Source of the DNA: Selaginella moellendorffii
Lineage: Eukaryota > Plantae > Lycopodiophyta
Direction: 5' to 3'
NCBI RefSeq assembly: GCF_000143415.4
Contig: NW_003314351.1
Coordinates: 56,431-120,430 of the forward strand
Length of the DNA: 64,000 nucleotides
A program made the position numbers and the translations under genes. Below, piece by piece: positions 1 to 12,039 of the stretch. Positions within the stretch are counted from its first letter, which is position 1, and every line of letters begins with the position of its first letter. Under the pieces are notes generated by a model. It was not told the DNA's origin, ran no database searches, and worked only from the letters and a program-made list of their open reading frames with translations.

Positions 1-680
1 TGGGCACTTCTGTGGCATTTGTGTGGAAAAGGTAGCAGTGTTTCTTAGAGGATAGAATGGAAGACAATCAGGTAGTCTGAGTTTGTAAGAAATGATAGGA
101 CTGCTCAAACATGTCTTCGGGGTCCAAGGAATTGGATTTAGAAAAGGTGGTCATTTGAGTATATGCGTGTCTACAAATGTTATCCTTACTGAGGAAGGCA
201 TGGGATGTGGATTCCTACACTCAGAAGCTAAACAAAACATGCAATCAAGATCAAATATCAGAACTCACTATGTTCTACATTTGGATCCTGATGCTCCAAC
301 TCGAGAAGGCTTACAGTTGCATCCTGAAGATCAGGTACTACGCTCTTACTGGTCCTCTTCTTACATGTATCATATTTATCACAGAAACTGGAAGATGGTC
401 TTTTGGAAAGCTGGAAGAAAAACAGAAGCGCAGGACCTGAGTCCAACAGGGATTAGGTACATGAAAACGTTTATAGACGTCTTCAGCAAGAAGTGCTCTA
501 AAACTTTTTCGTGTTTCTTGTGATACTAGAGGAAAGAATCCAAGATACCGCACTACTCAAATCCAAGCTCCTGGTGGTTCTCTTGTATTGAATTAGTGAC
601 ACAGCTATCTTTCATTCTCAGGCGTGGAAAGCTGGCTGCATGACTGCATGCTCACCTCATTTAACGAGCGCGCTTTAGAC
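1..680 (+). pseudogene. NUP107 fragment, copy A (intron-containing, multiply deleted)
   Basis: Reverse complement of parent 45540-46316. Encodes THYVLHLDPDAPTREGLQLHPEDQ versus parent THYVRHLDPDAPTREGLQLHPEDQ. Intron remnants retained, many small deletions, and a foreign insert of about 140 bp at about 445-585. Confidence 0.9.
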
Positions 681-1214
681 GTTAGGACACATGGCGCAGA
701 TCAATTTGCTTGGGGAGTTTTCTCTTGGTAGTAAACATTCTGTGGAAGTTCCATATTTCCGCTACAAGGAACACACCATCTTTATGACTCAAACATACTT
801 TAGTGCTATTTCCACTATGCTTGACAATTTTTCTCGAAGTACAAAGACAGCAAGCAAAGATGGTGCAGTGTATCAGGGCGATTGACAGTGCTCATGTTTC
901 AGCAAGAAATCAAACGTGATGATAGCCTCTAAGGTTTGTTTGTGTTGCAAATGTATGAGTGCTTATAAGGCTGTTGCTCAACATTTGAACTATTGCAATA
1001 ATTTTAGATATTATATAGAGAATTTATAATAATTTCCAGTGCATCAACGTTTGGTTTGTTATTTCTAATCCACTTGATCAATAAATAATAAACATGTTTG
1101 TAATTTATAAAAACAAGATAGAATAAAAAAGAATATACTGTTTAGAACATTTTATAAATTATAAACATGTTTATAAATTAATAAATGCAATATTAATTTA
1201 AATTAATAACAACA

Positions 1215-1841
1215 TTAGTATCCTAGAATATCCATGCATATTCTAGGTATATTCACTTGTAAATCTACCCTAACCTCAATATTAACTATAACTAATACCA
1301 CCATAATACATATTGGGAGCAAGGATAAGAAGACTATTTCTGAGAACATACCCCAAAATGATATGGAAGAAGTTATTGGATATGGTTGTTCTCTGAGTTT
1401 CTTTAGCTCTAAATACCACCTTATAACTGATGATGTCTGCACATGAATGTGCTACTGCAGAGATCACTTGTAAAGCAATGAACCATCACCGATATAAAAC
1501 ACATGTGCTTGTAAACGCAGTAGCTCTCCAATAAGAAAGCTAATCAACATGCATAACTTGTAACGGATTCCTATGGCAACTGGAACAAATTGTTATAAAG
1601 GTTCATAAATAAATCTAGCTTCTCCAGACATAGCCAAGTGATAGAATGGCATATAGATATGGAGTAAAGCACAGTATCTAATTGCAGATTGTTTGGCCCA
1701 ATTTTTCTAGTTCTGATGTAAGGAGAATAAAAACCCCAATGGTAATTAGGATGTAGTGCATTACAGCTCTTCTGACAATGAGAAACACCACATAAACGCT
1801 AATTCCAATGAAATTAGTATGAAATTATTGGTGTTTGCCAT
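1215..1841 (-). pseudogene. Degenerate paralog of the orphan 6-TM membrane gene at 2616-3391
   Basis: Colinear with 2616-3391 (ISAVAHSCAD vs ISAVAHSYAG; same intron sequence but the donor GT is lost). Deletions and frameshifts present. Confidence 0.8.
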
Positions 1842-2337
1842 AAACCTTAACCTTATAAGAAGATCTTTTTATAAGCTTTAGGGAGATGGAGGAATGTGAG
1901 TGCGGGATGGAGGGAGCGAGAAGACCCTGACAACAAACTTACAAACTTGTTTGCACAGTCTCATGTTTCTTGTTGGGCACCCCATGACTACCAAAACAGA
2001 ATATTCAATTCAATTCAAGTTAGTGCTAATCTTTTTTCTGTCTTTTTTCAGATATTTCTTCCTTGTTCTGTTATGAAGGTTGAAAGGACGATAATTGATG
2101 CTCTCAGAAGTAAGATCAATTACACAGGCCATTAGGACGTTTTTGGTTATTTGCATGCAAGTCTTCCCTCAATTTTGTTCTTTCTTACTTGACGCAGCCT
2201 GTTCACGATTCCTGAAGCTCATATTCAAGTGCTAAGGGCAGGACTATCAAGTAAAGAAATTAGCCTCTCAAACTAATGAAGCTCTTGTGCTAATGAAGCT
2301 CAAACTCTGTTCATAGTTTAAAGAGAAACTTCAAATT

Positions 2338-2500
2338 TTTGCTCACCTCCATAGCAGGTAAAGACTATTTTGGAAAAGCTTGTGAAGCAAAGTAGTTGAA
2401 CTGTGATAGCTAGAAATGCTCCAATGAGATGTAAGAGCTGAAACTAGACAATCCAGCTAAAAATCAACCACACATCATTTCTCAGCTTATCTTCCAAACT
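2338..2500 (-). pseudogene. Fragment paralogous to the C-terminus of the 5663-6656 membrane gene
   Basis: Translates DVWLIFSWIV*FQLLHLIGAFLAITVQLLCFTSF...CYG versus VAWLVFSSIVEYQILHIVGACLAVAVQAIYFVSF...CYG. Both are followed by GTGAGCAAA. Confidence 0.75.
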
Positions 2501-2615
2501 TCCCATACTGCAATGGATTGAGCTAGGTGCAAGATAGGATTGATTTTCCACAAACTTCAGTTAATATATCCACTAATTGTAGATTCTAAAATATTTACAA
2601 ACAGAATTTACTATG

Positions 2616-3391
2616 TTACAATTCATTAGCTATTCTTCCATTGTTACTTCTAATATTAACTATAATTAATACCACCATTTCCACCACCAGCATCATGGTA
2701 AGAAATGAGTCCATAATAAATATCAGCCTATTTCCCCACCTCCAGTCAGAATACATATGAATACATATTGGGACCAAGGGTAGAAAGAGTAATTCAATGA
2801 ATATAGCCACTAACGATATGGCATAAGTTCTTTGATATGGTTCTTCACTGCGCTTCTTTATCTCTATGCACCACCTTATAGCTGATGATGTCCCTGCGTA
2901 GGAATGTGCTACCGCAGAGATCACTTGTACAGCAATAAACCATGACCGATGTGAAACATATGTGCTTGTAAGCGCACTAGCTCCTCCAATAACAAAGCTA
3001 ACCAACATACATAACTTGTATTGGAAGCGTGTAGCAAATCCCATGGCAACTGAAATAAATTGTTAAGTGTATTCTTAAATAAATCTAGCTTACCTCCAGC
3101 CACATAGCCCAGTGATAGCAAAGTATATAGATGTGGAATGAAGCAAGGAAGTTGCCAATATCGAATTGCAGAATAATTTAGCCCAATCCTCGCAGCTCCG
3201 ATGTAGCAGGAATAGAAATCCCAATGATAATTAGGATGTAGTGCATTACAGCTCTTTTTGCAATGAGAAACACCGTGTGGGCAATCCCATTTTGGAGGGT
3301 AAAGAGTGATAACTATGGTGTATACATAAAAGCTAATTGCCCAAGTCGAGAAAATTGAAATAAGAACGAAATACCACCAGAAGTTTGCCAT
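2616..3391 (-). CDS. Orphan multi-pass (~6 TM) membrane protein, 243 aa, 2 exons (3391-3094, 3049-2616)
   Basis: A 44-nt GTAAGC...TTTCAG intron (3050-3093) joins ORFs 2921-3391 and 2616-3044 in frame (298+434=732 nt). Six hydrophobic segments, a Cys-rich loop DCPHGVSHCKKSC, and a TATA box (TATAAAT) about 30 bp upstream. Confidence 0.7.
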
Positions 3392-3859
3392 CCTTATTAA
3401 AGGGATATAATCTAAGATCTATTTATAGGGTTTTCGGCATAATCCTCCTTTTGGAAATTGTCTATAACTTTTCAAAAAAGATCTCGGTTTTTCCAAAAGA
3501 AGCGCGAACTTTTTGTAGGGTTAGGGTTTCGGCTCGGCCAGTCTCGAAAGGTATGGCGCCGCAGATTGAGCAATACTGGTGCGCACATCGCCTCTCGAAT
3601 GGTCTCTAAATCCTTTTCCAATCTAGCTTTATTTATGGAGAATCGGTGGCTGATCTTGGCTGTTTTCGATTTAGTAGCTATGTGATTGGAACGTTGGAGC
3701 AGCTCAATATCCGGGTGCTTGAGCTTACTTCTTGGAATTTTTCCGTCCATTCCTTCCAGTTTTTTTCATTTTTGTACTCGTGACTCTTTTTTTCTCGATG
3801 CCAGAAGTAAGGGAGCAGTTTCTATCTGTAACTGTGAGGCTGTTTCTTTTCTTGTTTTC

Positions 3860-4410
3860 TGTAGACAGCCGTCTAAGTTTCTGACGATACTGTGGCAGCA
3901 TGTCTTCTCTGCAGACCTCGGAGCTAAGACTGCAGAAGTCTTGTACGAGGTAGACTTGATCTTTTTCGCAGTTGAGATTCGACTTCGAAAAGCAAGAGCA
4001 TGGTATGAAATTTAATTTTCTGTGCTTATTGTAGATCCAGAGGTATTGATGATGGCTTTGAATCCAGTGTCAAAGGAGGCCAAGGCGTCCAAGACAAGGT
4101 TGGTCTTTTTCTCTTTTCCCGACTTAAGACGATGGGACTGAGCTTGAGAAGAGAGGTCGTACCGTCGTTTGCACGAATCCTTCTTCACACGTCCCTGGGA
4201 CGTCAAATGCTGAGACAGGTGCTGCGCTCGGAGATCGGACATTGCGTGGCATGACACGACCAAGCTCGGGATCCCAGTAAGGAGTTTTGCTTTTTTTTTT
4301 CTCTTTCTCGTGAGATGATCTTTGTTGTCGTCTATTCTAGTGGAGGGTTTCATGGATGCCGAAATGGATCACAAGTTCGAGAAGCTTATAGTATCCTCTC
4401 CCGCATGAAG
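3860..4410 (+). pseudogene. Alpha/beta-hydrolase gene fragment (At1g15490/At1g80280-like)
   Basis: 4132-4276 reads MGLSLRREVVPSFARILLHTSLGRQMLRQVLRSEIG, matching the recalled family motif SLSREVVPAFARILLRTSLG...LLRTEI. In-frame stop and flanking short GT-AG introns. Confidence 0.6.
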
Positions 4411-4781
4411 GAAATTATGGGTGATAAGTTTTGACTTGAGCTTCTCTATGACTACAGTGATCACTTCTTTTATCAGACTCTAATACGCTTCGCCAAGAGC
4501 AAAAGGTATAATTTGACCCGCAGTCTTGAGACAGTGCCGTGGTTTAGGTGAATCTAACTTGACATTATTGGTTGTTGTTATGTACCGATCCGGGTAAGCT
4601 ATTCTTTTTTCTCTTGATTTCCACAACACTGACAGTTTATTATGAGGAGCTTAACCAGTGTTGCGAGAAGGAACCTGGAACCAGAGCAAAGGCATATTAA
4701 AACACGATTCCGGGCATAGCTGACATTGTCACCAGAGTAGCGCTTGGACGATTTGTCATTTTCGTTTGTACATCATCACGC

Positions 4782-4811
4782 AAGTCAAAGTCAAGTCAAA
4801 GTCAAAGTCAT
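4782..4811. repeat. Short tandem AAGTCA(A) array (W-box-like cores)
   Basis: caagtcaaagtcaagtcaaagtcaaagtca. Confidence 0.7.
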
Positions 4812-5662
4812 TTGATCATATTCTCTTGATAAATGCTTTAGAGCTCTTTCAAGACGATCACATCATCTTGTGAAAGGTACGCACGGACATGAAAGGTGAG
4901 TCTGATTAGCGCACTACTTTGTTGGCGAGTTCTCATTTCTTACTTACAGAATGCCGCTTCGATTCGGCCGTCACGTCGTAACAGGAAGAGCCGACGCTTC
5001 GATTAAGCTGCATTTGGTCTTTTTTAGTGTTCATCTTTTTTCCTCATCTTGACCTGCTCGTTCGGACGAGGACGATGCACCAGAGTCTTCCACCTTGTTT
5101 ATTTAATCTCAGGACATCTCTCGATTTCACTCAAGTAAGCAAATTAGCCTTTGAAACTCCTCTAATGTGAATTGATGACTACAGGCACTTGCCGAGCTGT
5201 CAAAGTGATTCAAGTAAGCTGGTTTTCGTGGAACTTGGACAGTGGTTTTCCTTTTCAGGATGGGGAGTTTTTTCTTGCTGGTAAGGAAGTTCTAAGTTCA
5301 TGCTAATAGGATACACGCTTCAGTGGTATGGAAGCATGGTGCTCTCAACCAGGTGCGCTATGCTTGATATTTCTGTGTTACAGCAAGCAAGTTCGGGATG
5401 GAAAATTTTCAGATGAAGCCACAAGAAAAGATCAGAGACTACTTCTTGCTGGCCACTTTGTGATGTAGGCAGCGAATCAAACGTTAAACCAGTACTCTGC
5501 ACTCGCAACGAAAAACGATCATCCAGTGACGCCTTGTTTCCACTGGAATTGTCTTTTAGTTCTTTTAACGCATGGTTGATTGTCCCTTCGGTGTTCCTTC
5601 GTTCAACACAGTGCGCACAGGCCTGTGAATTCAAAGATCGCGATATAGAAACAAGAGAACTT

Positions 5663-6656
5663 TCAGATTTGCTCACCTCCATAGCACTTTGAAACGAAGC
5701 TTACAAAGTAGATGGCCTGAACTGCAACAGCCAAACAAGCTCCCACGATATGGAGAATTTGGTACTCAACGATGGAGCTAAAAACCAACCACGCAACTCC
5801 AGAGAGCAACGAGCAAGCAGAAGCTATCACCGTGGAGGCCTCATGAGTGAACGGGAGGAGACATATCACCCTCATCACGAAAGGAACTACAGCTGAGACC
5901 GTGTAAACAGCTGCTGTGGCCCAGCCCTTCTTTCCCTTCAAACGACGACATGCGATGCCCATGAGAGGGTAGAAGAACGGGATGAGAGCTGTGAGCAGTA
6001 TCGTCATACACCCTTTCCTCCGCTGCTTCTCGATGTGTCCAAGCCCGACCAGGAATGAATGCAGGAAACAAAAGGCCGATGCGGCACAGATCGCGGTGGC
6101 AATGAGAGTTAGATCGTGCCCGTCTTGCGTCCACTTTTGACACATCGAGATGGCATTTGCCAGAGACAAGAAGGAAGTAAGCAGTGCAAGTGCCCTCTGA
6201 GATTGTGAAGGGCTGGCAGGGATTACCTCCGCTTGGGACTGTGCTGTTGCGGCCTGATCCATCTCCACTGCCACCAATCCTCCAGCTATGGCCCCCGTCT
6301 CTAGCTCCTCATTCGTGGCCGCCGTTGTGCCAGGCTTGCGCCTCCTCAGAATGTTCCTTGCCTGAGCTGTTGCCCTCGCAATGCAGCTCTCCACAGCTAG
6401 TTGTCTGGCACGCAGCCGTGCTCTCAACCCAGCTGGACAAAACGATCACAGAAGACGAGAGAAACGTAAATCCTGATGCAGCAAGACCAAGAAGGAACCA
6501 CCGCGAAGATGTGATCTTGTCATCGCTGACGCTAGATCTGGCCTCATGGGCAAACACATCCAGATCCACAGGCGAGAGAGAATCCAGGAGAGAATCTAGG
6601 TAGAAACTAGCCATGGCCACAAGCGAGAGGAGGAGCGTCTTTGCTAAAACCCCCAT
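5663..6656 (-). CDS. Divergent multi-pass membrane protein, possibly SWEET/MtN3-fold; 1-nt frameshift near 6430 (pseudogene or sequence error)
   Basis: ORF 6309-6722 (MGVLAKTLLLSLVAMAS...WFLLGLAASGFTFLSSSVIVLSSW) joins ORF 5663-6427 if one G is removed from TGGGTTG. About 8 hydrophobic segments. GWATAAVYTVSAVVPFVMRVI resembles SWEET TM5 GW...VF.SPL.VMR.VI. Confidence 0.5.
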
Positions 6657-6824
6657 CCTGCGATACCTAGGAAATGCTGTGTAACCTAGGAACTGCGTGT
6701 ATGTTTCTGTGAAGAAACACACTCGATCAGCGCGAGTGTTTGCAGCTCATCCAATCTGCAAGAAACCTCCACTCCATCAAGCAAATCCACACTAGCATTT
6801 GCCATTTGCTCCAGAGCTTATTTT

Positions 6825-8592
6825 TCTGCAGCAAAAGACCTTTGCTTGTTCTTCATGTAGCTGGAGTTTTCATTTGTTGATAGTGTGTGTTAAAAGAACG
6901 AAGTTTCGATGAATGTGAAGAATTGAGAGGCAGGCAGCAACGTACCCAATCAAGAAAAATCTTGGTAGTTGCAGTTCTCGGGCAGTACTGCAGAAGTACA
7001 GAGCTGCTGTTGCTAAGCATCCAAAAAGCGAGAGAGATCCGGCCTTTTTGTCCGCCACGACGTGGACAAAATGCTATTGCACGAGGACGAGAAAAATCAA
7101 GATCAGTATTGTCTTTCATGAAAGATATACCTGTGTAGCTCTATCTCATTAGCTCCGAATCTGGTGGCCTGAGGAGTAAAGAACAGAAAGTTGCTGGATG
7201 CGAAGGCAAACACAATATGTTATCCAGTTAAATCAACACAAACTTTGAGGCACAGGCACCAAAGTACAGTATCTTAATGTGTCTAATAAAAAAAGTCTTC
7301 ATTTCAGATATCTGCAGAAGTTCAGTCTGCTGCTTCATTTAATGACTGCTTCAGGTGTCCCAAAAGTGCTTCCACACCTCCCGGAATGTCTACGCCATAG
7401 TGACGTTAATTCTCGCTATGGACTTCTTACTGCCAAGAACAACAAAAAATCGACAGCAGTAATTAATGATCATGACCTGCTTGAGGAGTAAAGCACATAC
7501 ATTGCACATACATTGCAGAGAATGTCCTGTCCGTATGTTTCCAGTGTGAGACAGGGAAGTAAGATGTCTAGAAACGTTTTCATGTACCTGAGCAACGAAG
7601 AGCAATCCCTGTTGGACACGGGTCCTGCGCTTCTCCTTTTCTTCCAGCTCGGATGAGCTTCCACGCATCTTCCAAAAGACTATCTTCCAGTTTCTGCGAT
7701 AAATATGATACATGTAAGAAGAGGACCAGTAAGAGCGTAGTACCTGATCTTCTGGATGCAACTGTAAGCCTTCTCGAGTTGGAGCACCAATGTCGAACAG
7801 AGTGAGTTCCAATATTTTTTTGATAGCCCGTTTTGTTTGATCCCACAAGCCTAGCCTCTAAGCCCGCACCCTATCCCTTCCTCTATAACGATAACATTTG
7901 CATGCATATACTCAACGGAAGAGCATCACCTTCTTTTCTAAATCCAATTCCTTGGACGCCAGACTCGCGAGACAAGACGAGGGCATGTTTGAGCAGTCGC
8001 ACCGGTTCTTATAAACGCGTGGTTGCTTTCTGCCAAACATTTTTCTTAGGTGAAACCACAAAAGGAAGAGAACATAGGAAATACCTGATTGTCTTCCGTG
8101 ATATCCTCTAAGAAACAGTAAAGTCAGACCCGTTGAAACTTAATAAGCGACGCTACCTTTTCCATACAAATGGAAGTGCGCATGACTGAAGTAGAGCTCT
8201 GTCTTCTATAGCTCGATGCTTCGTAGTTGCCTCGTCTCTGTAAAGAAAAAGCTGCTGAGTTCCAGTCGTTCCCAGAAAATTGTTTCACCTGTGACTGCCT
8301 GCGCTAGATCCCGGCAAATGTCTTCAAACTCGCTCAAGAGCTCGGGCAGAGACGCGAAGCCTGCCAAAGAAAAACATAAGCAGAGTTGTATGACTTGAGA
8401 AACGAAAGTGGTAGGCCGGGTAGACATGTATCCACGCCAGAAGCAGAGCGCTCAAATGAATCTTGGAAGATGCCGTGTCCTGTGGATTGTCGCATTTCAC
8501 ATTCTCAGAGAGGACGAGAAAAACATACCTGTATCCCCGAGATTTTCGTCCACCGTGCCCGCCGCTCAATCCCAAAAGCCCTAAATCCTAGA
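6825..8592 (-). pseudogene. NUP107 fragment, copy B (about 3.3 kb of parent collapsed to about 1.8 kb, including the 5' end and promoter)
   Basis: Blocks match parent 43740-47090, e.g. 6931 caggcagcaacgtacccaatcaagaa matches 43882, 7690-8200 matches 45770-46330, and 8500-8590 matches the first exon and telo-box region. Confidence 0.9.
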
Positions 8593-8821
8593 TTTACTCT
8601 TATTTTCCTGTTTGCAGCAATATCATGATTTTAAGCAGAAGAAAACAGAGAATTTCTGGAAAAACCCTTATTCAGTATAAGCTAGCTATATGAATTTATA
8701 ATTTAAAACATTTCAATTATTTATTTAATGCGAAATATTTTTTCAAATTAGAAAAATAATTTAAATTGTATTAAAACTGTAATTCTCTGAAATGCTTATA
8801 TATTGTTTTAATATTTTAAAT

Positions 8822-9930
8822 TAACCTCTTTGATCGAATGCCCCACTGGAATCTCGTGTAACGTGGTCGTGAAATCTTATATCCGGAGCTCCAATATCGG
8901 CCAGGACAAGAGGATCTTCAATTCCATGGCGGATCATGACATCGTCTCTTGGAAATCGCCTATTACGCTGTATGCCCAGTTCGGGCAACTTGAGCTTGCC
9001 AAGACACGTTTGACGGGATGGAGTTTCGTGATCTTGTCTCGTGGAACTCGATGATCGCTGGATATGTGGCAGCATCCACTGTAAGGCGATGATCGATCGT
9101 GTTCCAGAGCGCCAGGCCGTGATATGGAACTCAATGATCACTGCGCTCGCGCAGGGGCAAAACGAGGCAGCAAAATCGATCTTTGATAGAATGCCGGCCG
9201 TGTCGTGGACGAATCTACTGCTGTGCTACGCGCAGAATGATTCCTGGAAAAATTGGACAGGGCGTTCCATCGGCTCCCCTTCACCAACGCAGTGGCAAGA
9301 ACTACGAGAATACCCAAAGAGGAGATTTTGCCAACGCAAGAGAGATCTTTGATTCCATGCCGGATCAGGACGTGGTGGCATGGACGGTGATGGTGCAGGC
9401 TTACTGCCACCAAGGACGAAGAACATCTTTGATCAAGTGTTGGAGAAGAATCTAGTCTCGTGGAGCTGCTTCTCGCGTATGCCGAGAATGGGCACTTTGA
9501 CGGGGCGGTGAGGTTCTTCCACGAGATCCCGCACAAGACCATCGTCTGCTGGACAGCTCTCATGCAAGTTTACGTCAATTTGGGCGATCTCGGCACCGCC
9601 AGGAGTGTGATTAAGAGCATGAAGATGCTCAGCTTGGGACGACGGGCACTACGATCGAGCAGTGGAAGTCTTCCATCTTATGAATCTCGAGGGCGTCAAG
9701 CTGGACAAGGTGACGTTCCGGAGCGTTTTAACTTCGTGCAGCCATTGCCAAGGGCTGGGAGCACTTCGTCTCAATCAACCGAGACTTTGAGATGGTGCCG
9801 AGGAGAGAACGCTATTGCTGCATGAAGAACTCTGAGTGCGAAGGAGCTCATCAACTCGATGCCATTCCTTCCAGACATGGTGATCTGGATGTCGCTGCTG
9901 GGAGCTTGCTGCCTCTTCTGCCGCGGATTG
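8822..9930 (+). pseudogene. PLS-class PPR pseudogene
   Basis: Frameshifted repeats (AREIFDSMPDQDVVAWT; LLAYAENGHFDGAVRFFHEIP) and an E-domain motif MPFLPDMVIWMSLLGAC at 9859. Confidence 0.85.
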
Positions 9931-9934
9931 TTGC

Positions 9935-10960
9935 CCATTTATCATTGTTCCCACTCCCATCTGTTGTGTTGCTTGTTTGTGGTGATTGGAGTATGGCCCT
10001 GCAAGTTTGGTGTCATCTGTTCTGTTGTTTCCTTTCATTTTCCAGCTCCAACAACACGTGTATGCTTGCATTGACAAGTGTTTGCCTCTGGACCTCCATC
10101 TATTCCAGGAACCTGGTTATCTCCGCTGCGTTTTCAGGTGTCCCAAGGATGTTAGCTACAGGCATATCCCATTGGATCGGCCTGAGTCGGAACTCATCGT
10201 ATCCTGAGCATTCCTTGACCGTATGTGTTACTGTCTCGATGGACATGCCACACACTGGGCAAACCTGTAGATGTCGCGGAATCTTTGCTGGTCTTGTTCT
10301 TCGTCCTAGTTCCACGAGTAGTCTATGATCACCTGTTCTGTAACGTGCAAGGAGTTTCTGTCGCTAGGGAAAGAGCTGATCATAAACAGCCGTTCCCACC
10401 TGTTCGTTTGGGTTGATCTCCTCCACATAGAGCTGTTCTTCTGGGCTTGGATCCATCTTATTAGCACGATGTGTGTCCAGAATTCAAGATCTTCATGGAA
10501 TCGTTCTGTGATGTTGAGATTCAGACCGAGTCTTTTGGTCCTGTTTCATGTCATGCCACCAGCCGCCTGTCTGTCCTGTGACTGCCAACTTCTGCTCTTT
10601 CAGATGTAGATGATCGTGCGAGTATTTCTAGGGAAAAGAGGCCTGTCTCCATGATCACATATGGCACAAGGTTGATGCTGAATTCTTCCCAAATGAAACT
10701 TCGTTGCACAGCCTCGACTTTGTCCTACTCCTTCGCTAGCAGGCCTGGCCCCATATCTCAGCGCCATAAAGCGCCACTATCCTTACTTTTATGAGGTAAT
10801 AAGTCTTCTTCACAGCACATCCCTTGTAATAGTCCAATTGTAAGCTGTGGATGCTGCTTTCCATCGTTTTGTGACTCCGAATTTCCATGGCCTCAACTTT
10901 GTTCCAGAATGCAATGCAAAGGTTCCTCGTATGTTAGTGTCATGGGGAAAAGCTTTGGTG
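9935..10960 (-). mobile_element. 5'-truncated non-LTR retrotransposon (LINE, RTE/RTEX-like ORF2 C-terminus)
   Basis: LYGAEIWG motif at about 10750-10775. C-terminal VELGRRTRP..IPRHLQVCPVCG..ETVTHTVKEC is the Zn-binding motif typical of LINE ORF2. It abuts the PPR E domain. Confidence 0.75.
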
Positions 10961-11004
10961 GAGGGCTATACTTGATGATCGTGGCTCAATCAACAAATTT
11001 CAAT

Positions 11005-11290
11005 AATGGAATAATATTTTATGATAGTGTAATATTACCTTCAATAATATATCCCACTGAATATATATGGTGAGTGAACAAAACAAATTGAAAATATTGA
11101 ATTGCAAAGAATTTTGGCCCAATTTTTGCATAATCCAGGAAATCCTTTATAAAACCCCAGCCAGGGTGCAATTTCTTTGACAATAAAGACCATTTGGGCA
11201 ATTTTCTTGTGATGTAGATGGTGAAAACATAAAGACTAAGTCACAATAAATAGGTAAAATGCTACCACAATTTAATAGTCTTATTTGTCA
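11005..11290 (-). pseudogene. Third, most eroded copy of the orphan 6-TM family (exon 1 region)
   Basis: AKIGPKFFAIQYFQF..F..HIYS versus ARIGLNYSAIRYWQL..F..HLYT. NCPNG..CQ Cys loop and a similar upstream AGATCT...TATAAGGG element. Confidence 0.6.
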
Positions 11291-12039
11291 ACCCTTAATT
11301 ATAGAGATCTTGTATTAATATATAAGGGCTAGGGTTTGTAAACCCTAGGGCATTCACTATTACAATGCTAAATACACACTCTTAAATCTGAATTTGCATA
11401 TACATTGAGTTGAAAATGATATAAATGGTGGTTTTTTGTTTTTAAAATAATTTTTTCTACAATAAGATGTGTTTTGTTAAACCAATATATATTTTATATT
11501 CTTGTTTTACTGTTTCTTTCTTTTTTTAAAAATTAGGTTTTTTTATTCTAAAAGCTGCATGATCCCTTGCAATATTCCATATAAGCTTGAAATACTTAAA
11601 TTTTTAAGTTCAGTTAGTTCTTGGAATTCAACTATTGAGTTTTTATTTATATCTTATTATTCAACTATTGAGTTTTTATATATCTTAACTATTTTGTCTT
11701 ATCTAATTTCTTCAATCAAATTGATATGAGTGCTAATATATGATGGGTAAATGCTTTTGTACGTTATTTAAATATTATATTTGTTAATACAAGAACTAAT
11801 GTCAACACTATATTACAAAAAGGAAGATAAATTTTTTATTTTGCAATTTTATTTTATTGCAATATCATTTGTAAATCCCAAAGTTTGAACATCATGTGAA
11901 AGCATCATTTACCTAAATATTGCTACCATAAGTTGTAATAAAAAACACACTATGATATTCTACAAGTGGCATAATAACAACAATTTTTTTTTTCATAAGT
12001 CATCAAATGATTATTTTTCCTTTAATTAATTAATCTATA

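Noticed and set aside
1-8592. NUP107 copies as retro-pseudogenes
   Set aside because: Intron sequences are retained, so the copies are DNA-mediated.
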